A stretch of 64,000 nucleotides of DNA from Eledone cirrhosa (lineage: Eukaryota): assembly GCA_964016885.1 (NCBI GenBank), contig OZ024751.1, positions 29,946,001-30,010,000 of the forward strand, written 5' to 3'. Positions 13,677 through 28,746 of the stretch are shown here, piece by piece. The notes under the pieces are model-generated. The model did not search any database. It saw only the letters and a list, made by a program, of their open reading frames with translations, and was not told the DNA's origin. The stretch's first letter is position 1, and the number at the start of each line of letters is the position of its first letter. The translations under genes were made by a program, and so were the position numbers.

Positions 13677-14165
13677 CTTTACAGTGTATACTGTATGTTA
13701 TTATCTCCCCAGTATTAACACTTTACAAAGTGTACTGGGTGCATTTTATCATGGCACTAGCATTACTACTTTACAGAGTGTACTAGGTGTATTTTATCAT
13801 GGTACCAACAATACCACTTGATTGACAACGCTACTATTTTACAGTGTGTACTGACTGCGTTTTATCATGGCACCAGCACTACCACTTTACAGAGTGTACT
13901 GACTGCATTTTACTATGGCACCAGCACTACCACTTTACAGAGTGTACTGGCTGTGTTTTATCATGGCACCAGCACTACCACTTTACAGAGTGTACTGACT
14001 GCATTTTACTATGGCACCAGCACTACCACTTTACAGAGTGTACTGGCTGTGTTTTATCATGGCACCAGCACTACCACTTTACAGAGTGTACTGACTGCGT
14101 TTTATCATGACATTAATACTACCATCTTACACAGAGTACTGGGTATATTTTATCATGGCACCCAC
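13677..14165. repeat. 48-bp minisatellite derived from SINE B tail 1, with alternating A/B units
   Basis: Unit ttttatcatggcaccagcactaccactttacagagtgtactgactgc at ~13860, 13908, 13956, 14004, 14052, 14100. Confidence 0.9.
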
Positions 14166-14652
14166 ACTAAAGAGGTTGTCAAGTCTACGACAGGCCCAAA
14201 GCATCCTTTCTGTTCAATGTTGACTTGGATAGTTCATCAACCACTTTACCAAAAGAGAAAGACGACTGAGTGCATCTCCTCTAAAAAAACCTAATACAAC
14301 CAACCTTCTTTTATTCCATAACTGCAACCATTCTACCAATTCCTTCTGCACTCTCCTACCTTCTTCACTATTAACAACTGAGAAGGTGGAAAAGGAAGAG
14401 GGTGGAGTTGTGGAGAATTTTCAAAGATATTAATTCTTTCAACACTTTCTATTAGATGTAAATATGTTTTAGTTGGTGTTATAGTTTTTTATAGTTTGTT
14501 ACTATTATCATTATTGTTGTTGTTGTTATTACATACATAGCTGTTTGTATATAGAAACCTAAACATCAATCTGTTCTATAAATTTGTCTATCTTTCTCCA
14601 TCTTTTCAACCCCCCTGCACATGCACACTGTTTTTTTTTCTCTACTGCTTGT

Positions 14653-14719
<67 letters not shown>

Positions 14720-14758
14720 CTACCTATCTATCCATTATTCCTTTCTTGCACACTCAAT

Positions 14759-14812
<54 letters not shown>

Positions 14813-14965
14813 ATATATATATATATATATAGGTATATAGGTATACATATAGGTATGTATATATGTATACATATATATATAATGTGTATATATATATATA
14901 TATGCATATGTAAGTGTGTATGTATGTATTTCACCCACATCATCACATCATTATCATCATCATCA

Positions 14966-15148
14966 TTGGCAGTGTCGGTAGAGGGTCGGACGCCATGCTT
15001 TGACGCATAGAGTTACGGCCCTTGCCATTCTGTGTTCAAATCCCGCCGAGGTTAACTTTCCCTTTCATCCTTGCGGGGTCGATAAAATAAAGTACCAGTA
15101 ATGCACTGGGGGTAATTGCTGGCCTTGTGCCAAAAGTAGAAACAATTA
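14966..15148 (+). mobile_element. SINE family A
   Basis: Near full-length match with A and B boxes. Confidence 0.85.
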
Positions 15149-15621
15149 TCATCATCATCATTGGTTAATGTCTATTTTCCATAGTTGCGCTGGGATAAAC
15201 TGGCCATCACTTTATGAGGTGAGGAGTACCAGATGACCATGTCTCACCCATTTGTTCCACTTTTGGTTTGGGTTTCTACGGCTGGATCCCTTTCTAATGC
15301 CAACCACTTTACAGGGTGGACTGGATGGGTTTTTCTCATGTCACAAGCACCACACCTACCTTAGAACTTGGATTGGTATATGGAGTGGGAGGTGGGTGTG
15401 TGTGTGTGTAGACTTTATATGTAATCTTTTGGAGATATGCACCACATGTATACCTTGGCATATAGACATGCATACACACATACATACACACACACATACA
15501 CACATTCGTATACACATACATATATGCACACACACATATTTCTAGAGTTCTTTTGATAATATAAATAAATGTTATAAAATTTCTGTTAGCCTTTTTCAGT
15601 ATTCTGTGTAGCATACATACA

Positions 15622-15652
<31 letters not shown>

Positions 15653-17014
15653 CATACTTATATATATATATACATAGACACACACACACACACACACATA
15701 CATTATATATATATATATATATACATACATACTTATATATATACATAGACACACACACACACACAATACATATATATATGTATATACATACGTATATACA
15801 TACACACATACATACAATACATATATATATATATATACATACATATACATAGACACACATACATAAATATATATATATACACATACATACATAGACACAC
15901 ACACATACATACATTCATGTTCTCATATATTATTGGAGAGTATGTATATATGTATAAAATACATACAAATGTGTTTATATACCGTACTATTATATATATG
16001 ACGTATAAAAATTTGTATACATATGTTTATGAAAATATGTATATTTACTTATAAATAAACAGAAATATATATATAAATACCACAAATAGATTATGTGTAT
16101 ATCTATATTTTGATATATTTATGTATTATTTGACAAAAAACACCTCTTAAAACCCCAGAAAAATCCATGTACAAATAAAGTTTGTTTTTTTTGCTGTTTT
16201 GAAAAGATTGTGTGTAATTCTGAGAAAAATCTCATTTCCTTCCTTCAACACAGAAGAGTTCGTGTTATTAAGGACATCTTGTTACTTTCACCAGTTTTGT
16301 TGGCTTCCAAGATGGGGGATAAATACAATGACAGAACAAGCGAATATTATAGAGTATGATAGGATATGATAGCTTATAATAGAATGTTAGAATGTCATAG
16401 AATGGTAGATATGGTAAAATATCATAGAATATGATAGAACATACATACATATATGGTGGCTGCCAACTCGTTTTCGAGTATGGCCACCACTTTATATCCA
16501 TGTAGGAGAACCCCTACCGATGCACTGAACGAGTGTGACTTTTTAGTTCAGCCACCGACTTGAAAACTCTGGTACAAACACTACACTTGTGACAATTATT
16601 GACACATAGTGTTGGGCCCATGGTACAATGTGACGACAAGTGCAGAGAGATCTCCAGATGTAAAGCAATGCCAGTGCCATGAAGCTTTTATAGTGAGCAT
16701 GTCAACATCATTGGATACCATCAGAGTTTTCATTCTCCTAGAATTCTGCCTTGACAAAGGCTAAGTAGTCATCTCTCCTGGTGATTTTGGATGGCCATTG
16801 ACTCTTAAGAGCTCCTTTGCCCTTTGACTGGTTTTGTTTTTAGTCCTGCAGGATGTCCAAAGTCACCCTCCTCACCAAGAAACTTTGGTGGGGGTTGCCA
16901 GTTTAGTCGCCAACGACCCGACCATGAGACAGGTTGTACTGGGATACATGTTAACAGTAGCATGTATACATGTATACATATATACATACATACCTACATG
17001 CCTTCATGTATGCA

Positions 17015-17418
17015 TAAAATAAAGCACCAGTAATACACTGGGATCGATTTAATTGATTTTCCCCTACCCCCAAATTTCTGAACTTGTGCCTATAATAGAA
17101 ATCATTATCCTTACAGGGTCAATAAAATAAAGTACCAGTAATACACTGGGATAATTGCTGGCATTGTGCCAAAAGTAGAAATAATTAATATTATTATTAA
17201 TTCATGGATTGGCAGTATTGTTAGTGCGTCAGACTTCATGCTTTGCAGCATAGAGTTATGGCCCTCTACGGTCTTAGTTCAAATCCCGCTGAGGTTAACT
17301 TTGCCTTTCATCGTTACGGGGTTGATAAAATAAAGCCCCAGTCATGCACTGGGGTCCATTTATCCCCTCACCCAAAATTGCTGGCCTTGTGCCTATACTA
17401 GAAATCCTTATTATTATT
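17015..17418 (+). mobile_element. SINE A cluster (two 3' fragments and one full copy)
   Basis: Family A motifs repeated three times. Confidence 0.75.
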
Positions 17419-17419
17419 A

Positions 17420-17708
17420 AGGTGCGAGTGTAATCCGAGTGAACGGGCCCGCTCTGAGTATGCACCTGTAGACTGAGGATTGGGAGAACTGAGAGAGGGC
17501 ACTTGCTCTGGTGGTCAGGGTGGCCATGGTCTTTTGTGTTGTTTTTGCTACGAGTGACCCTCGGAAGTCTGCCTCGTATTGGGGAATTTTTCATTGTTAT
17601 TTTTTTGTTACATCCTCTATTTTTGTTTTTTTTACATGCAGAAATGCCTATCTGTACCGTCCTGTATTGTCCTGTACTCTCCTTAATGTCTACTTTATGT
17701 AAACCTTT
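17420..17708 (+). mobile_element. Probable LINE 3' end (ORF end ...RVNGPALSMHL* plus T-rich 3' UTR)
   Basis: GC/CpG-rich start, stop codon, then a T-rich UTR cut off by the SINE hairpin. The assignment is by resemblance only. Confidence 0.35.
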
Positions 17709-17962
17709 GGATGAAAGGCAAAGTCAACCTCGGTGGGATTTGAACTCAGATCGTAAAGGGACGTAACTATGCTGGAAAGCAGGGTCGGACGCCATGCTTT
17801 CCAGCATAGTTACGTCCCTTTACGATCTGTGTTCAAATCCCACCGAGGCTGACTTTGCCTTTCATCCTTACGGGATCGATAAAATAAAGTACCAGTAATG
17901 CACTGGGTAATTGCTGGCCTTGTGCCTAAAGTAGAAACAATTATTATTATTATTATTATTAT
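17709..17962 (+). mobile_element. SINE A with 5' inverted duplication (73-bp hairpin)
   Basis: Arms 17709-17781 / 17795-17867 with 2 mismatches and a 13-nt loop. Confidence 0.85.
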
Positions 17963-19020
17963 CTTGAGGTGTTCGGTAAACAAAGAAATTATTTTCTGTG
18001 TTGCCAATGATGGAACGGTGCAGAAATTGTTTCGGTCACTAAACTGTCAATTGTTTGCCCAATGATAACAGGCATTAGAGGACCCAGATTAACCCCTCTA
18101 CACATCCCTGTCCTCTTCTACTCCCCGCCACCGCCACAAACGCCCCCACCCCTCCGCCCCTATACCCCACCACCACCACCACCACAGGAACTCTTGCACA
18201 TGTCTAAATACCTATAATACATCATTTTAGCTGATGTATCTCTTCTTCAAAGCGGTGATGCCGTTGGTGGGGAAAGGAAAGCCTTCACTTTCTATGTGGA
18301 ATCTCTTGTAGCAGAACGGAATGGAACAGACATGAAATTAGCCATTTTTGCTGAGAAATTCCTGCTCATTGTCAAAGCTTTCAGTGGGAAGATGGAGGTG
18401 ATGTGGACATATGCTTGTGGAGGTGGTGTCATTGTGTGTATTGGGAGGAGGTGATGTTGGATGCATGGTGGTGGTGGTGGTGGCTGTTGGGGTTGGGGAG
18501 GAGGTGATGTGACCGTATGGTTGTGGTGGTGGTTGTAGGAGGTGGTGGTGAGGAAGGGGAGGTAGACATATAGTTGTGGTGGTAGCAAGAGGAGGTGGTG
18601 AGGAAGGGGAGGTAGATATATAGTTGTGGTGATAGCTAGAGGGGGTGGTGAGGAAGGGGAGGTAGATATATAGTTGTGGTGATGGCAGGAGGTGGTGGAG
18701 ATAGGATCTTCTTTGCCTGAAGACTTCAAAGATAAAATTCCTGTTAAAGGAATGGTAAGATGGATCTGTTCTTATGGTAGAATCACAGTCTTGACCAAGA
18801 TGAAGTGTTGCTAAACGCCAGAAGAAAGAATTGTAAAGGAATTTGGTAATGTTTGGTCATTTTGTTAGAAAATTTAAAGACCCTTCTGAGTTTATGTGTG
18901 AATTTCTGTCAATGTTTCAAATACACACGTGCACATACATATATACACACACACACACACACAGATATATATATATATATATACACTTATATATCTATAT
19001 ATGTATATGAATTAGTAATA

Positions 19021-19312
19021 ATTGTTTCTACTTTAGGCACAAGGTCAGTAATTACCCAGTACATTACTGGTACTTTATTTTATCGACCCCGTAAGGATGA
19101 AAGGCAAAGTTAACCTCGGTGGGATTTGAACTCAGAATGGCAAGGGCCGTAACTCTATGCATCAAAGCATGGCATCCAACCCTCTACCGATACTGCCAAT
19201 CCACTCCTTTGAATTAGTAATAATAATAATTGTTTCTACTTTTGGCGCTAGGCCAGCAATTACCCCAGTGCATTACTGGTACTTTATTTTATCGACTCCG
19301 TAAGGATGAAAA
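19021..19312 (-). mobile_element. SINE A full copy (19021-19204) plus a 3' fragment
   Basis: Reverse complement of family A. Confidence 0.85.
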
Positions 19313-20312
19313 CATGGTGCCAAACCACTGCCCAATAATAATGGTTCTACTTCCCTCTAGAAGTTATATATGAAGTTTACCTGTAGCTATGGTCAATGGC
19401 TGTGGAATACTTGGTTCAGTGGCTTAATAATATGCCACATATTAATAGTCCAGTCCATTTCTCTCTCTTCCATCTCTTCCTAATTCTGGCTTTATTCTGG
19501 TGTTATGATGACTTTATTTTCAGGTCTACAAACCTTCCTTCTTTCTTCTCCATAGCTTCTATAATTAGCTCTGAAGACCATACCAACATCAACACCAACA
19601 CCACACCATGTCATTACACCATACCACTGCACTACTTCTCCACCCTGCTATCTGTGAACAACAACACCACACCATGTCATTACACCACACCACTGCTCCA
19701 CCCTGCTATCTGTGAACACCAACACCATACCACACCATTACACCACTGCCCCACTACACTACTCCTCCACCTCACTAACTGTGAACACCAACATGACACC
19801 ACACCATTACACCACAGCACCACCACACTACTCCTCCATCTTACTATATGTGAATACCAACACCACACCACATCACAGCACCACCACACCAACACCACAC
19901 CACATCCTTACACCACAGCACCACCACACCAACACCACACTACACCACATCCTTACACCACAGCACCACCACACCAACACCACACCACACCACATCCTTT
20001 CACCCTTACACCACCCCAACACCACACCATTACACCACAGCACCACCACACTACTCCTCCACCTGGCTAACTGTGAATCAGAACTTTCACTTGGATGTTA
20101 AATAATGCTATGTCCTTTCCTATGAACCTCACTCAAATTTCTAAAGGAACATTTCCTCCCCCTGGCATTACAACAGATGTAGACTGTAGCAAGTTACTTT
20201 ACTGCTGCTCATAATTGTACACTAACAGGCTTTGATGGCCAGTCAAATAACTGCCATTATGTAGTCACATATATATATATATGTGTATATATATATATAT
20301 GTGTGTGTGTGT

Positions 20313-20354
<42 letters not shown>

Positions 20355-20427
20355 TTATATACATATATATACATATATATAGAGATATACATATATATAC
20401 ATATATATATATATATATTATATACAT

Positions 20428-20475
<48 letters not shown>

Positions 20476-20510
20476 ACATATATATACATATATATATATA
20501 TTATATACAT

Positions 20511-20565
<55 letters not shown>

Positions 20566-20616
20566 TATATTATATACATACACACACACATATATATGTG
20601 TGTGTGTATGTATGTG

Positions 20617-20647
<31 letters not shown>

Positions 20648-20795
20648 TATATATATATATACATACACACACACATATATATATATGCATACACACAACA
20701 CTGACACACACACATATACACAACATACACTCACATATATATATATATAGATATACATACATACATAGTCATGTATACCTACAGACATATACATA

Positions 20796-20830
<35 letters not shown>

Positions 20831-21383
20831 AAAGGTGAAGAATATATGTATGTATATGTATATATGCACACTCACACCCACACATACACACACTCACACA
20901 CACACATACACACACACATATATATATACACAAGTATAGAAATATATTCTTGCACTATGCAGGCAGAACATAACATATGTCAGTAGAACACAAAACATGT
21001 CACACATATTCTTGTATATTACTGTATGTGTGTGTGTGAGTGTGTGCATGTGTGTGCATGTGTGTGTGTGCATGTGTGTGTGTTTACATGTATTATTATT
21101 ATTTTTATGTGTACTATAATCACAGAATGACTCCCTGCTATTTGTCAGCACTCATATACATACACAGAGAAATAAATCTATTAAAACCCTTCTTTTCTGT
21201 CATGTCTCCACGTTTTTTTGTTTTATTTTGTTTTTTATTAGTTTTTCTTTGGTGGGGTTGGGGAGGGGGATATTTTACTTCCTTTTAATTGATGACAACC
21301 ACAAAATATTTATGAGATAAACGGAGAAAAAAAGCAAAAACAATAAAAATGCTGATCATCTGATCCTCCATTTGGACCATTGA

Positions 21384-22065
21384 TCTTTTCATTGCTGATA
21401 CTATCTGCTGGGTGGTGTCATTTCTGGCAAAAGCTTCATCAACTTTTCCCTGGCAAGAGGCAGGATTTGACACCAAAATGCTCAGAGCTGGAACAGATAC
21501 CACATAACATTCTATGTAAGACAATCATTCCATTTGTCTTTTCATTGCTGATACTATCTGCTGGGTGGTGTCATTTCTGGCAAAAGCTTCATCAACTTTT
21601 CCCTGGCAAGAGGCAGGATTTGACACCAAAATGCTCAGAGCTGGAACAGATACCACATAACATTCTATGTAAGACAATCATTCCATTTGTCTTTTCATTG
21701 CTGATACTATCTGCTGGGTGGTGTCATTTCTGGCAAAAGCTTCATCAACTTTTCCCTGGCAAGAGGCAGGATTTGACACCAAAATGCTCAGAGCTGGAAC
21801 AGATACCACATAACATTCTATGTAAGACAATCATTCCATTTGTCTTTTCATTGCTGATACAATCTCCCTGGTGTTGTATACTCCTGGTAAAGGCATCATC
21901 GAGTTTCCACTCACACAGAACAGATACCACACAACATTCTGTGTAATAAGATCAGACCATTGTTATTTTCATTGCTGATACTATCAACTCTCCACTGGCA
22001 GGAGGTAGGATTTGATCTCAAAATGCACAGAGTTGGAACAGGTACCATATAGCATTCTGTGTAAC
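21384..22065. repeat. 153-bp tandem repeat: 3 identical units plus 2 diverged, internally deleted units
   Basis: ttcattgctgatac at 21388, 21541, 21694, 21847 and ~21968. Confidence 0.95.
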
Positions 22066-22460
22066 ATTTCGAAAATTTCAACAATCTACCTCTCCTGGAT
22101 TGGTACTTTATTTATCAACCCATTCCAAAAGGACGAAAGGCAAAGTTGTGCTCAGCAGAATTTGACCTCAGAATGCAGAAAGTCAAAAGATACCAGAAGA
22201 TATGGTCTGTCTTTGCTCTAATAACAGCTTAAGAAATGTTTCTAGCATAGGTACAAGACAGGAATGTTTGAGGTGCAGAAAGTCGATTAAATTGACCCCA
22301 GTACTTTACTGGTATTTTATTTATCAACTTGATCTTTGAAGGAATGAAAGGCAAAGTTGACCATAAATGGCAGAAAGTAGAGCATAAACCAGAAGGTATG
22401 TTGTCCTAGATACCAAACTGTGTGTCAGGACACTTTAGTATGTCATTCATAGCTTCCAGA

Positions 22461-22653
22461 TTTAAACTGACCGTATCTGGCCAGAATTTTCTCACTTCTT
22501 TCTGTTCAAACTGGCTGTAACCAGCCATTCATACTGATGTTAAGGTACTGTTCTCAAAATAAATAACATCAAAATCTCGTAGATTCAATTTTATTTGAGG
22601 TAAAGCCTTTACTGTGAAAATATAATAGTATATATAATGTAAATGCTAAAGGG
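22461..22653 (+). mobile_element. MITE D, left end truncated
   Basis: Internal match (ggccagaattttctcac...ttctcaaaataaataacatcaaaatctc) and right TIR aaatgctaaaggg|TTAA. Confidence 0.75.
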
Positions 22654-22998
22654 TTAAATCTGATCCAACATTTACCAATATTTGGACATGAAGTATCAAG
22701 GCTTCCTAGCTCAATAGTTAGAGCACTCAGCTGGAATTTGAGAGATACAAAGTTTGATTCTTCATAGTGACTGCTGACCAATTTTTTCAATCCTTAGAGG
22801 TACTTGCCCCAATTTTCTAAGCTATTATTTATAGCAATTGACTGTGTTTACAGTTATTTTCTGAGTCTGAAATTGTATTATTGTTAATATTGTTGTTGTA
22901 GCTGTTATTGTTATTTGATGAGTTTAGGGTCGATCTAATTGACTGTCCCTCTTTCCCAAAATTGTTGGCCTTGTGCTCAAATCAGAAACCATTATCAA

Positions 22999-23070
<72 letters not shown>

Positions 23071-23252
23071 TTGCTGAGAGAGCATTTGTTATTCTCTGTT
23101 GAATGAACAGTGGTGCATTTCTTTTATTCAAAACTAAACTAAATATAAATAGTTAAAGATTGGTCGGAATACTTCCACCAAAGAAACATTGTTGCACACA
23201 AAACAACATATATATATATATATGTGTGTGTGTGAATATATATATATATATA

Positions 23253-23312
<60 letters not shown>

Positions 23313-24089
23313 TATATATATATATATATATATTCATATATACATATATATATTCATACATATATATTCATATATATATATATATATTCATATATATATT
23401 CATATGTACATATATATATATTCATATATATATATATATATACATATGTATATATATATATGAATATATATATATACATATGTATATATATACATATGAA
23501 TATATATATATATATATATATCATCATCATCATATATATATATATATTATGTATATATATATATTAAAAGTATAAATAAAAAATTCATTTATTTCATTCA
23601 TATTTCATTTACTCACTCATGTTATAGTTTTTCTCCTAAGTTAGTTGTGTTCTGTCCTCAAAAACTTCTTGTGAAAGAAGGGAAGAGGAAAACAAACCAA
23701 AATGTTTCTTTATATTTTTTCATTTCATCATAATAGATAATGATGATGATGATGATAATAATGATGATGATGATGATGATATAACATATGTAGATCGTTA
23801 GAAAGTTCCAGAGTTTGTGACATGTTAAGGGTTTCATTTTGGTTGGTTTGTTTGTGTTTGGAGGAGTATTTTTTAGGGTGTTTATAAACGTAGCTGTGTG
23901 TATATGTATGTGTGTATATATGTGTGTGTATAGTACTGTGTTGTGTAGCATGTATGATATATGTGTAAACGTGCGGGTATATTTACATTATATATAAGTA
24001 CATATAAGTGTGTGCATATTTACATTATATATAAGTACATATATGTGTGTGCATATGTAAGTACATATATGTGCGTGCGTGTGTATATA

Positions 24090-24126
<37 letters not shown>

Positions 24127-25906
24127 GTGTGTGTGTGTATATATATGTATGTATATATATGTATGCATGTATGTATATGTATGTATATATGTGTGTGCGT
24201 GTGTATACATATATAAATGTGTATATGTATATATCCCATGCATATATTCTGAAACTTAGTTTTATATTCTCTCCTATTTTGTCTATAATTGTCCAAACTA
24301 AATACATAGCTGGTCTTTTTTTTTTATTTATACTTTCTTTATTTATTCTCAGAGGAAAATAGGAAAAGAAACGGTAATATTTGGCTTATGTATGCTCCAT
24401 TGGTGCATGAAGCCATAACAAAAAGGAAAAAAATATATATATATAAATAATAATAATAATAAAACAACAAGAAAACAATCAAGCCCACGTTGGAATTTTC
24501 CCAGTGATATGGACAAAACTTTTCTGGAAAATACCACTGGTTCTACAATTCCTTCCCAATTCTTTCACTCGGTCTATTATGAAATATTTCTGTTGTTGTT
24601 CTATGAAATACCATTCTGGCAGCATTGAATTATATTACGGTCTTGAAATCTTTTACCATTGTCTTTAGAAAATTCTACAGAATAGCCTTTCCCTATATTT
24701 TTCTTATTCTTCCTCTTTCTATTTTTATTAATCGTGTTGTTGGTTTTGTTGTTGTTATTTTTTTAATATTCGTATTTTTTTTTCTGTGCTGCTGTTGCTG
24801 TTGTTGTTGCTGTTGTTGTGTCTTCCTGTTATATGTGTAGTGCGTAGAATAGCTGTCACAATAAGCACTATTATTTTGGCTTCAGAAAATCTCACCCTTC
24901 AACTCAACAATGTAGACATACATACACACATATACATACATTTATATATACATACATACATACATACACACATGAATACACATACATATATATACATACA
25001 TACGTACACACACGAATACACATGCATACACATACACATACATTTATATATATACATACATACGTACACACACGAATACACATACATACACATACACATA
25101 CATTTATATATATACATACATACATACACACACACATTCACAGCTTTGTAGACACACACACACTTTCTCTCTCTCTCTCCTTCTCTCACACATACACTCT
25201 CTCACACTTCCCTTCCCCCCCTCTCTCTCTCTCACACATACTCTCTCTCCATCACATACTCTCTCTCTCACACACACACACACTCTCACTCACACACACA
25301 CACTCTCGCACTCTCACGCACACACTCTCTCTCTCACACACACACACTCTCTCACTCTCACACACACACACTCACTCTTACATACATTCTCTCTCACACA
25401 CCCACACTCTCTCACCTACACACTCACCCACTCTCTCTCACCTACACACACTCCCACACTCTCTCTCACCTACACACACTCCCACACTCTCTCACTCACA
25501 CTCTAACCCACTCTCTCTCACCTACACACTCTCACACTCTCTCTCACCTACACACACTCACACACTCACCCACACTCTCACCTACACACTCACCTACACA
25601 CACTCACACACTCTCACCTACACACTCACCCACACTCTCACCTACACTCTCACCCACACTCTCACCCACACTCTCACCCACACACTACAGCAGTGAATGG
25701 AATAAAAAAGCTAAACAGCCATATTTGTTTGTTTTAAAATACTTTCTTTTGTATCGAAATATTTATTTTTTTCAAATTCAAATTCTTCTTGATAAATTTG
25801 AATGTAAGGTTAATTTAATTTTGTATTTAATTCTGTTTAGTATTTTAGGGAAATATATTCTTTTTTAAATAAAAGTTAATTCTATATTGTATACATATAC
25901 ATACAT

Positions 25907-25984
<78 letters not shown>

Positions 25985-26084
25985 GGGGGTGTATATATAT
26001 ACATATGCTTATATGCATATGTATATAAACATATATATTAATATACGTATATATATACATACACACATATATATATACATACAC

Positions 26085-26121
<37 letters not shown>

Positions 26122-26186
26122 CACATATATATACATATATATATATATACATACACACACATATATATATATATATATACATACAC

Positions 26187-26225
<39 letters not shown>

Positions 26226-26328
26226 CACACATATATATACATATATATATATATATATACATACACACACATATATATATATATACACATATATATATAT
26301 TTATACATATATACACACACACACACAC

Positions 26329-26378
<50 letters not shown>

Positions 26379-27036
26379 ACACGCATACAAACACACAAAT
26401 GAGTGTTTATTTGGGTTTGAATGTGTTTGTGTGTATATGTGTATATGTGTATATGTGTATAGTCTTTCTACAGTTTGAAGAGGCATCTGCCATTTCAGTG
26501 CATCTATGTATTACTACAAATTTGCCAGTGCATAATTACGCCAAAACAAAACAAATAAACTTGCACTCATTATGGTTTTTGTTGTGTTGATATTTTGTTT
26601 TTGTTTGTTGTTTTTGTCTGTTTGTTTTTTTGTTGTTTTTTTAATTAGATTTGTTTATTTATTGTTTTGTGTTGTTGTTGTTATTGTTTTTCTTTCTCTT
26701 TGATGGTAATTTATCTTAGTTTCTATACTATAGTCCTCTTGAGTAATTAATGGTATTATAATGCCTTCCTCTTTCTTTAGAAACTCTTACCATGTGTTAT
26801 ATATGTGTGTATATTTATATATATATACACACACCTATATACATATATATATGTTTATATTTCTGTGGTTTTATATATATATGAATATTTGTATATTTGT
26901 GTGTGTGTATATATATATGTATATGTATATATGTATGTATATTATATATGTATGTATATTATATATTTGTGTATGTTTATTTATATATATATATGTGTGT
27001 GTGTATATGTATATATATTATATATTTGTTTATATA

Positions 27037-27079
<43 letters not shown>

Positions 27080-27823
27080 AAACATAACCATTAGTGTTGC
27101 TTCTCTTCTCTTGGAAGCACCATTATGTTCCAATTTAACCATTAATTGTATGGTTTTCACTAAAGACAATAAGTAAAGAATTCTTGGAGTTGTATTTTTT
27201 TTTAGAATGGTTTGGGTGGCTCCGAACAATGGAATTAATGAAAGAAAAATAATAACAAAACACTGGGAAATATAGAAATATATAAAATGATTTCAATTGG
27301 AAACAATGGCACCAACAAGGAGAAGAACATTGAGCAACTAATGAATTTTGTTGAAATATTATAATATAAACTCTATCGCTAAAGTAGACCAGTGCCATAT
27401 GGTAGATTCTTAGCTAATTAAGAAAGAACGTTTTTAATGAACTGAATCTAATGTTAATTTGATAAACCTATATTTTTAACTGTTTTGAACTTTGACCCTC
27501 ACCCCTTTCTATTTGTGTGGTCTCTAACCCTGGGGGCCATCTGGACTAAAACTCCCTGGTTAGTGTAGGTAGGGGCGCAATGAAAGATATGTTACTTGTC
27601 AATTAAAAATAATAATGAATTTTTGGACTTGAGAAAAATGACAGCAATTCTTTGTTGAAAAACTTTGGCTAGAACAATCTAATCTGGCCAAGTTTACACT
27701 CCCAAATAAGAAAAACCAGGGTCGCCCCTAGGAACATTGGATTTGGTGTACTTCATTTTTTTTTCGGTTGTTGAATACAATCAAGGGTCGCCGCGTCGCC
27801 TAAAGGTCAATAGTTCTCTTCTA

Positions 27824-28098
27824 ACTCGAGCGGGAGCACCTTTCCATTGTCAATGTGCATTGACAAAGCCACATTGTTCTCAGAACCACTACACCAGTCT
27901 TTCGATGCGTGCAGCTGGAACCACTGCCACCCATTAATTTGGCAGGATCGCAACTCATTTCTACAGCTGAGTAAACTGGAGCAATGTGAAATAAAATGTC
28001 TTGCTCAAGGACACAACACATTACTTGGTCTGAGAATTAAACTCACAACCTTCCAATTACAAGCCCAATGCTCTAACCACTAAGCTATGTACCTTCAT
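27824..28098 (-). mobile_element. SINE B head and core with tail 4
   Basis: Same head and core (27952-28098), followed by a different GC-richer tail. Confidence 0.6.
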
Positions 28099-28467
28099 GG
28101 CTAGAACAGTGAGGTCTAAGGATGCCTCATTTGTACAGAAAGCCATGATTAAGTCACCCACTCCAAATTAAGTATATCCTAGGTTAAGTCTACCACCTAA
28201 GGTTATATTTACCACCCTAGAATATGTCTACCATCTAAGATTAAATCTACCTCCTCCCCAATAAGATGGCTGACATCCAAGAAAAGTGTCCTCCACAACA
28301 TTAAGTCTATCACCCAATATTAAGTTTAACATCTAAGATGAAATCTACTATGGTTAAGTCTATCACCCAAAACTAAGAATCAGAATATATATATTTAGTT
28401 CAAGAATAAATTTATTCATTGTACTATGTTGTTTTACTTTGTTGTTTCCATTTATCTTTGCATATAT

Positions 28468-28746
28468 GTGGAGGCACGTGGCCTATTGGTAAGGGTGTTG
28501 GACTTACGATCATAATGTCGTGGGTTCGATTTTTTAGTTGCATGTTGTGTTCTTGAGCAAAGCACTTCATTTCACATTGCTCCAGTATTCTCAGCTGAAA
28601 ATGAGTACCAGCAATAGCTGGGGGGATTAACCCTGCGATGGATTGGCATCCTGTCCAGGGGGGAGTCTTGTACTCTCAGTTGATTCACACCATGAAACCA
28701 GGATAAGCACTGGCCAAATGAACCTTCTGACTTACAACTGACTTTA
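28468..28746 (+). mobile_element. SINE B head and core with tail 2
   Basis: Head ggaggcacgtggcctattggtaag, core ttcttgagcaaagcacttcatttcacattgctccag, tail aaccctgcgatggattggcatcctgtccaggggg...catgaaaccaggataagc. Confidence 0.75.

Noticed and set aside
16254-16360. Frame VLLASKMGDKY after a cag acceptor, resembling WDR4 VLVADKSGDVY
   Set aside because: Spacing from the acceptor is wrong, the GHxSM motif is absent, and a stop follows; probably chance.
18292-18740. 145-aa Pro-rich minus-strand ORF with an acceptor-like site
   Set aside because: Built on a 50-bp repeat that shifts frame in each unit; no recognisable domain.
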